This document shows, one piece after another, positions 49,069-55,960 of a DNA stretch of 55,960 nt. Position 1 is the first letter of the stretch, and every line of letters begins with the position of its first letter. Origin of the DNA: Chiloscyllium plagiosum (taxonomy: Eukaryota); assembly GCF_004010195.1 (NCBI RefSeq), contig NW_025215381.1:838184-894143 (forward strand), in the 5' to 3' direction. The notes below the pieces were generated by a model. The model made no database searches, had not been told where the DNA came from, and worked only from the letters and a program-made list of their open reading frames with translations. The position numbers were made by a program, and so were the translations under genes.

Positions 49069-51149
49069 TGACTTTGACCTGACCTTTTCAGGGAATATTG
49101 TCAGACAAAACTGCTTTTGGCATGTTTAATCTTTGCATGCTGGAACATGGAAGGGTTAATGGTATTAACGTTAAAACTTGGCCTGATTTCTTACAGATGA
49201 CAGTTTTCTGAAAGCAGTCCCTCTTTTCTGTAACTTCATAAAGAAAATGCCTATTTCTCTTCAAAGAGAAGGCATCCCCTGCCAGCATTGGGGCCACTGT
49301 GCTTGCAGGTGGTGGTGCTCCGATGCACTCGTCCTGTAGGTGGTAGAGGTCTTGGGTTTGGGAGGTGCTGTTGAAGTCTTGGTGAATTGTTGCCCTACAT
49401 CTTGAATGTGGTGAATACTCTGCTGTTGTGGGCTGGTACTGGAGGGACTGAATGTCAAATATGGTGGAAAGAGTGCCTATGAAGCAGGCTGCTTTGTCCT
49501 GTTGAACTTGAGTCTTGTTGGAGCTGGACCCAAACAGACAGAAGGAGTTTGTCGCACTCCTAATGTTGGATGGGCTTTGGAGAGTCTGGAGTTTAGAAGA
49601 TGCCCTGATCTCCCTGCTGAGCTTAGAGTCTCTTACTCCTCATGCTGAAGGTCAGGAGCTGAACCCTTTATTATTTCACTGGGTTGAGCTTCTGATCTGC
49701 ATTTTTATAAATTACTCCTTTCCAGGAATGCCTGTTCCCCAAGATGACGGCGCTAAGCTTCTTAATGAACTAGGTGAGGGGCTCAGCACAATAACTCGGA
49801 ACTGTATAAAATCCAACACCGGGTAGACAATTTCCTCTTTAAAATGGCAATATTTTAAGCCAGGCTTAGGATTGGGTTCAAGATCCGTGGTGAGTGAGGG
49901 AATTTAAACAGGAGTTGTTGACTTGCCACGTGGGAGCATCCAGGCACCAGAACAAGTGAATATAACCTTCAGAAATTGAAATCAGACAGTGGGAAAGTTG
50001 GTCCCTTGGGAATTTCCTGATTTCCCTCACTTGACCCACTGACAACTATACCTTCTGCTGCCTGGCCCTGAGCTCAGGAATTCCCTGCCTAAGCCTCTCT
50101 CACCATCACTCTCTCTCCCTCTCCATCTCTCCTCCCCCTCCCTCTCTCTCTTCTGCCACCTGCTATCTCCTCATCTCACATACTGTCCCCCACCCCACCC
50201 TGGAGAACCACAAAAGAAACACTGAAGGGCAAATAGAGGTTATTGGCCAAAATATGGACATTGTTGTATCTCATGACCAACACATTTGCATCTTGGAGAG
50301 CCAGTACAACTGAGTACAATTCAACTTTCAAAATGCGTAGGTGTTGGCTGTGGGTCAGTGGGTAAGAAGGGTTGTACCATGCACTGGAGACCTGTGCTCA
50401 AAGTTTAGGCTAATGCATCTGGACTGAAGAGCTAATGTATTTAAACAAAGAACAAACAAGGAGCAAAGAAAATTTACAGCCCAGGAACCGCCCCTTCAAG
50501 CCTGAGCCGATCCAAGTATACTGTCGTGGGATGTGAGTATGGCTAGCTGTGCCTGCATTCTTCCCTTGTCCCTAGTTACTCTGGAGAGCATAGTGGTGAG
50601 CTGCCACCTTGAACTGTTCTAGTCCATGTGTTGTAGGTTGACCCAGAATGCTGTTGGGGAGGAAATTCTAGGATTTGACCCAGTGACATTGAAAGAACAG
50701 TGATACAGTTCCAAGTCAGGATGGTGAGTGGCTTGGAGGGGAACTTGTGTGTGGTGGTGTTCCTGTGTAGCTACTGCCCTTGTCCTTTTGGAAGGAAATG
50801 GTCTCAGATTTCAAAATTGCTCTCTCAGGAGCATTTCTTGCTCAGCCCTAATTGCCCTTGAACTTAGTGGTTTGCTTGGCCATTTCAGGATGATTAGAAA
50901 TCAACCACATTGCCTGGGTTTGGAATCACTGAGGCCAGACCAGGTAACGATGGGCAGATTTCCTATCCTGAAGGATATTTGTGCTCCAAATGGGTTTTTA
51001 CAATAACCAATTGTACGATCATGAGCTGCTATGGAGGGATTTAAACTCAGGTCCCCACAGAACTAACCTGACCCTCAGGATTACCAGCTCAGTGACAGTG
51101 GCACTTTGTTACGATGCCCGTATTTGAGATGAATACTCATCGATGCAAA

Positions 51150-51782
51150 TAGACAGGATAGTGAAGGTGGCATTTGGTACGCTTTCCTTTATTGGTCAGA
51201 GCATTGAGTATAGGAGTTGGGATGTTATGTTGTGACTGTACAGGACGTTGGTGAGGCCACTTTTGGAATACCGCATTCCATTCTCGTCTTGCTCCTATCG
51301 GAAAGATGTTGTGAAACTTGAAACGGTTCAGAAAAGATTTGTAAGGATATTGCCAGGGTTGGAGAGTTTAAGCTACAGACAGAGGTTGAACAGGCTGTGG
51401 CTATTTTTGCTGGAGCATTGGAGGTCGATTGGAGTCCTTATAGAGGTTTATTAAATCCTGAGGGCATTGATAGGTGAATAGTCAAGGTCTTTTTCACAGC
51501 GTGGAGGAGTCCAAAACTAGAACGCACAGGTTTAAGGTGAGAGGGGAAAGCTATAAAAGAGGCCTAAGGGACAACATTTTCGTGCATGTATGGAATGAGC
51601 TGCCAGAGGAAGTGGTGGAGGCTGGTACAATTATAACATTTAAGAGGCATTTGGATGGGTTCACAAATAGGCAGCATTTAGATGGATATGGGCCAAATGC
51701 TAACAAATGGAACTAGATTTATTTAGGACATCTGGTTGGCATGGACAAGTTGGACCAAAGGGTTCTGTACATCTCTATGACT
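51150..51782 (+). mobile_element. HER1/CR1 LINE 3' end
   Basis: VRPLLEY..KLETVQKRF..WNELPEEVVEAGTIITFKRHLDG. Confidence 0.9.
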
Positions 51783-52030
51783 TCTTTACTCACAAGGTAA
51801 CCCTCTTGTCCAAAGAATCAGTCTAATGAGCTTCTGCAATTGCTTCTTCCATATTCTTTCTTAGAGAATGAGTGTGAAACTGTATATAATACTTCAGATG
51901 TGGTCTCAGCAATGCCCTGTACAAATGGGACTAGACCAATTTAGCGTATCTAGTCAGCATGGATGAGTAGATGTGCTAAATTGAAGGGTCTGTTTCTGAA
52001 CATCTCTATGACTATTAAAGCATTGTTAAT

Positions 52031-53617
52031 TGTTGTGAAAAAAATCCAATATCCTTTTTTTTCCCTCTACATCTTTAATAGGGAACTGAAATGGGAAATG
52101 TTTTAAAACCAAGGATAGTCGGAAGATTGCTTCATGTTTTGGATGCAAGTAACTTGCCAATCATTGTAAGTATTGTTTACACAGGTGCTGTTTCCAGTAG
52201 TAGTTCAACGTAGCTTGCAGACGAACTAGAGCCAAGGGCTTTGCCTGAATAGAGATGATTTGGAGGTGCTGGTGTTGGACTGGGGTGGACAAAGTTAAAA
52301 ATCACACAGCACCAAGTTATAGTCAAACATTGGAAGAACGACCTTTCGCAGCACGGCTCCTTCATCGGGTAACTAGTGGAGTAGGAACATAGGACCCATA
52401 ATTTATAGCAAAAGATCATTAGTGTCATACATTGATGTGATATATTGAACAAACGAAGGAGCAGCGGTCCGAAAGCACGTACTCCCAATATACCTGCTGG
52501 TTGAGAACCTGGTGTTGTGTGATTTTTATACCAGAAATGAGATTAGATTATTACAGTGTGGAAACTGGCCCTTCGGCCCAACAAGTCCACACCGACCCGC
52601 CGAAGCGCAATCCACCCAGACCTATTCCCCGACATTTACCCCTTCACCTAACACTATGGGCAATTTAGCATGGCCAATTCACATTTTTGGACTGTGGGAG
52701 GAAACCGGAGCACCCGGAGGAAACCCATGCAGACACGGGAGAATGTGCAAACTCCACACAGTCAGTCAGTCAGTCAGTCAACTGAGGCGGGAAATGAACC
52801 CGGGTCTCTGGCGCTGTGAGGCAGCAGTGCTAACCACTATGCCACCATGCTGCCCACTCCAAACAGAGAGTCAGTTGGCAACAGCAGCTGATTGATCTGT
52901 GAACTAGTGACCAGTTACCAATAACAAAGGGTTTCTACCTGTCAATTAGTATGTGATTGATTCTAAGGCAGTGCACCTACTTGAGACTGTGAGCAAGACA
53001 CAGAGAAACTTCAGACCTCCATCACCTCAAAAGCTCAGTTCTCTGCAGTAAAAACTAGCTTTAAGCTCAAAGAAAATTAGGTTACTATTTTTTCAGCAGT
53101 TGCTGTAAGGTGTGACTTCTAACTAAGTCAAGACCTTTCTACAATTGTGAATCAAACACCAATGTCTCCTCTAAACTAGGGAAAGCATCGGGGGAACAAA
53201 GACCAAGTAGTAGCATTCTGACCACTAAGCATGCTCAGCAGGACTGAGAACAGGATCCACTGAACCGCCTTCCTAATCTCTTCCTCTGTACGTAACACCC
53301 ATGATTTTTATCCCATGCCTGACAAAGTGTGTGCGTGCATTGGCATGTGTGTGTGTGGTGGTGGAGGCTTGAAAGGGATTCATTTTAACAAGTCGTCATA
53401 TGCTGACAGTTCATAATTGTCTACCGCTAGCGACAAGTCTATTTACTGATAGTGGTTTGTTAAGAACAGAAACCTGGTCCATGCTTTCTGTCAACCTGGC
53501 TCTGAAAGTTATGTAAATTTGGGTATTGCATACTTTTTAAAAAACTTTACCTTTTATGTTGACTCCAAGAATAGCATGGCTTGATTTCTGAAGCTCTACT
53601 TTCAGTGAGGTACAACA
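52031..53617. mobile_element. Probable solo LTR carrying nested Penelope-terminal (52256-52530) and HE1 (52538-52856) insertions
   Basis: Termini TGTTGT...ACAACA form a perfect 6-bp inverted repeat (TG..CA); a diverged partial copy lies at 53958-54060/54585-54670; no clean target-site duplication seen. Confidence 0.45.
52538..52856 (-). mobile_element. HE1-type SINE with an internal (CAGT)n expansion
   Basis: Full head and tail; cagtcagtcagtcagtcagtca at about 52759-52780. Confidence 0.9.
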
Positions 53618-53804
53618 TTGCTCATGAAACATCCTTGCACGAAGGAAAAATTGCTGTCCTTACCTGGTCTGGCCATGTGACTCCAGAATCTCAGCAACGT
53701 AGTTGACTTTTAACTGCCAGCTCAAATGGCCTAGCCAGACACTTAATTCTATTAGCCACAAGAAAACCTTAAATAAGGAATGAGATTGGTCGGACCACCG
53801 AACA

Positions 53805-54635
53805 CCAGCTAAGACACTGGAACAATAGCAAAATCAGCCTTCTCAACCATGCAACATTTGCTGGGAGGGAAGCGAGGACCGCGAATGCTGGAGATCAGAG
53901 TCGAAAAGTGTGGCGCTGGAAAAGCACAGCTGGTCAGGCAGCATCCGAGGAGCAGGAACTATTTACACAGGTGCTGGTTCCAGCAGTAGTTCAATGTAAT
54001 TTGCAGATGAGCTGGAGCCAAGGGCTGTGTCTGAACAGAGTCAGCTGGCAGCAGTCCAGTCACACACACCTAACCTGTGCCATGTAGATGGTGGACAGGC
54101 TTTGAGAGTCAGGAGATGAGTTAGTTACTGCAGGATTCCTAGTTTCTGTCTTACTGTTGTAGTCATAGTATTTACATGCTTAGTCCAATTTAGTTTGTAC
54201 TTAATGATAGCCCTCAGGATGTTGATAGTGGGGGATTCCGTGATGGTCTTACCTGGAACATTGTGTTTACGGTACAATTCTGTGAGTATGTTAAGCTATT
54301 GCATAACTAGACCATGAGACGGATCTCCCTATTTTGATATTAGCCCCCAGAAAACTGTCACAGGGTAGGAGAGTCCAAAACTAGAGGACATAGGCTCCCG
54401 ATGAAGGCTTATGTCTGAAACGTTAATTCTCCTGCTCCTCGGATGCTGCCTGACCAGCTGTGCTTTTCCAGCGCCACACTTTTCGACTCTGATCTCCAGC
54501 ATTCGCGGTTCTCGCTTCCCTCCCAGCAAATGTTGCATGGTTGAGAAGGCTGATTTTGCTCTTGTTCCAGTGTCTTAGCTGGAAATCTGCAAATTACATT
54601 GAACTACTGCTGGAACCAGCACCTGTGTAAATAGT
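53805..54635. repeat. Inverted segment with duplicated breakpoints
   Basis: 53805-53957 is the reverse complement of 54430-54582 (153 bp, 2 mismatches); 53958-54008 is the reverse complement of 54585-54635 (51 bp). Confidence 0.9.
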
Positions 54636-55179
54636 ATTACAATGATTGGCCAGTTACTTGCTTCCAAAACAGGAATACAGTACTCCCCATTTGCCAGAAT
54701 AAAGGCAGCTCCAACAATATTTAAGAAACTTGACACCATCCATTTGATTGGCACCTTCACAATAAACATACACTCCCTCCACCACTGACATACAACAGCA
54801 ATCTATAAGATACACTGCAGAATTTCACCAATACTCCTTCGACAGCACTTTCCAAACCTATGGCGACAACCATCTAGAAGGAGATACATGGAATGCCATC
54901 GCCTGCGAGCTCCCTTCCAAGCCACTTCCCATTGTGACTGGGAAATATATTGCCTTTATTCCAGCGGACTCCCTCCTAAACAGCACTGGGAAAAACCTAG
55001 AAAGCGGCTCAACACTTTTCACGGGCAGCCAGGAATGGGCAATTAACATTTGCCAAGCCAGCAAATCTATTTTCCATTGATGAACTTTCAAAATAAACTG
55101 GGGGTAGCTCATGTTACACTGAGGGTTGGGAGTTGTTGCATTTGCTATGTTTTGCACTGAGCCAAAGCTAAACCATTCA

Positions 55180-55625
55180 GGATTAGATTAGATTACTTAC
55201 AGTGTGGTAACAGGCCCTTTGGCCCAACAAGTCCACACCGACCCGCTGAAACGCAACCCACCCAGACCCATTCGCCTACATTTAAAAGGAGTAGCACAGT
55301 GGCTCAGTGGTTAGCACTGCTGCCTCACAGCACCAGGGACCCAGGTTCGAATTCAGCCTCGGGCGACTGTCTGTGTGGAGTTTTCACATTCTCCCCCGTG
55401 TGTGTGGATTTTCCCGGGAGTTCCAGTTTCCTCCCACAGATCAAAGATATGCAGGTTAGGTGCATTGGCCATTGTGTTCAGGGATGTGCAGACTGGGGGA
55501 ACGGTCTATGAGAAATGCAGGGTTACAGGGAGAGAGTACAGTGGTGCATTTGGATGGAATGCTCTTTGGAGCATCACTGTGGACTTGATAGACCGAACAG
55601 CCTGCTTTAACACTGTAGAGATTTT
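55180..55625. mobile_element. HE1 SINE tail (-) abutting an HE1 SINE (+)
   Basis: (attag)n plus reverse tail at 55180-55285; forward head from about 55290. Confidence 0.82.
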
Positions 55626-55825
55626 ATCATTCACTCCGTTTACTCTGCAAGAAACCAAACAGCCCCTTTCCACATCCCCTGTACTTCCCACCACTCTCCT
55701 AATTGCTGCTCATTTCCTTACAATACTTGGTTCCAAGGCTGAGGTGAAGGTGCAAATGTTTGGCCAGCTATTTGACTGCAAATGCCATTAAGAGAGGTGT
55801 TCAGATGGGCGTACTGAGTACTGAG

Positions 55826-55960
55826 TTGAAAAATGTGGTGCTGGAAAAACACAGCAGGCCAGGCAACATCCGAGGAGCGGGAGAGTCGACATTTCAGGCA
55901 TAAGCCCTTCTTCACGAATGAGGCTGGTGTGCCAAGCGAGCTGACATAAAAGGTGGGTGG
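55826..55960 (-). mobile_element. Family 1 Penelope-terminal arm truncated by the window edge
   Basis: gctggaaaaacacagcaggccaggcaacatccgaggagc..catttcaggcataagcccttcttc. Confidence 0.75.

Overview
Repeat-dense vertebrate genomic DNA, almost certainly from a cartilaginous fish (shark-type HE1 SINEs, HER1/CR1 LINEs and Penelope-like elements), with two assembly gaps (15951-16450, 36837-37743). The only recognisable protein-coding gene is the 3' part of GPS2 (G protein pathway suppressor 2) on the minus strand. Seven coding exons between 44904 and 27449 splice in frame; the 5' exons were not found and probably lie beyond the right edge. A CpG-island promoter at about 1720-2890 appears to drive a second, unidentified minus-strand gene, with a TCT/5'TOP-like start and a 23-nt non-coding first exon. 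It carries an array of NRF1-type motifs phased at 51-53 bp. The rest is mobile DNA: CR1 fragments, HE1 and other SINEs, a decayed Gypsy pol with a nested Penelope-like element, and a probable solo LTR. Many short palindromic or tandem Penelope-terminal elements from three families carry minimal hammerhead-ribozyme cores. Local rearrangements include a ~0.6-0.8 kb direct duplication, a 64-bp target-site duplication and an inversion duplicated at both breakpoints. Most ORFs in the supplied track are repeat-derived or spurious. Repeat boundaries are approximate and were judged by eye.
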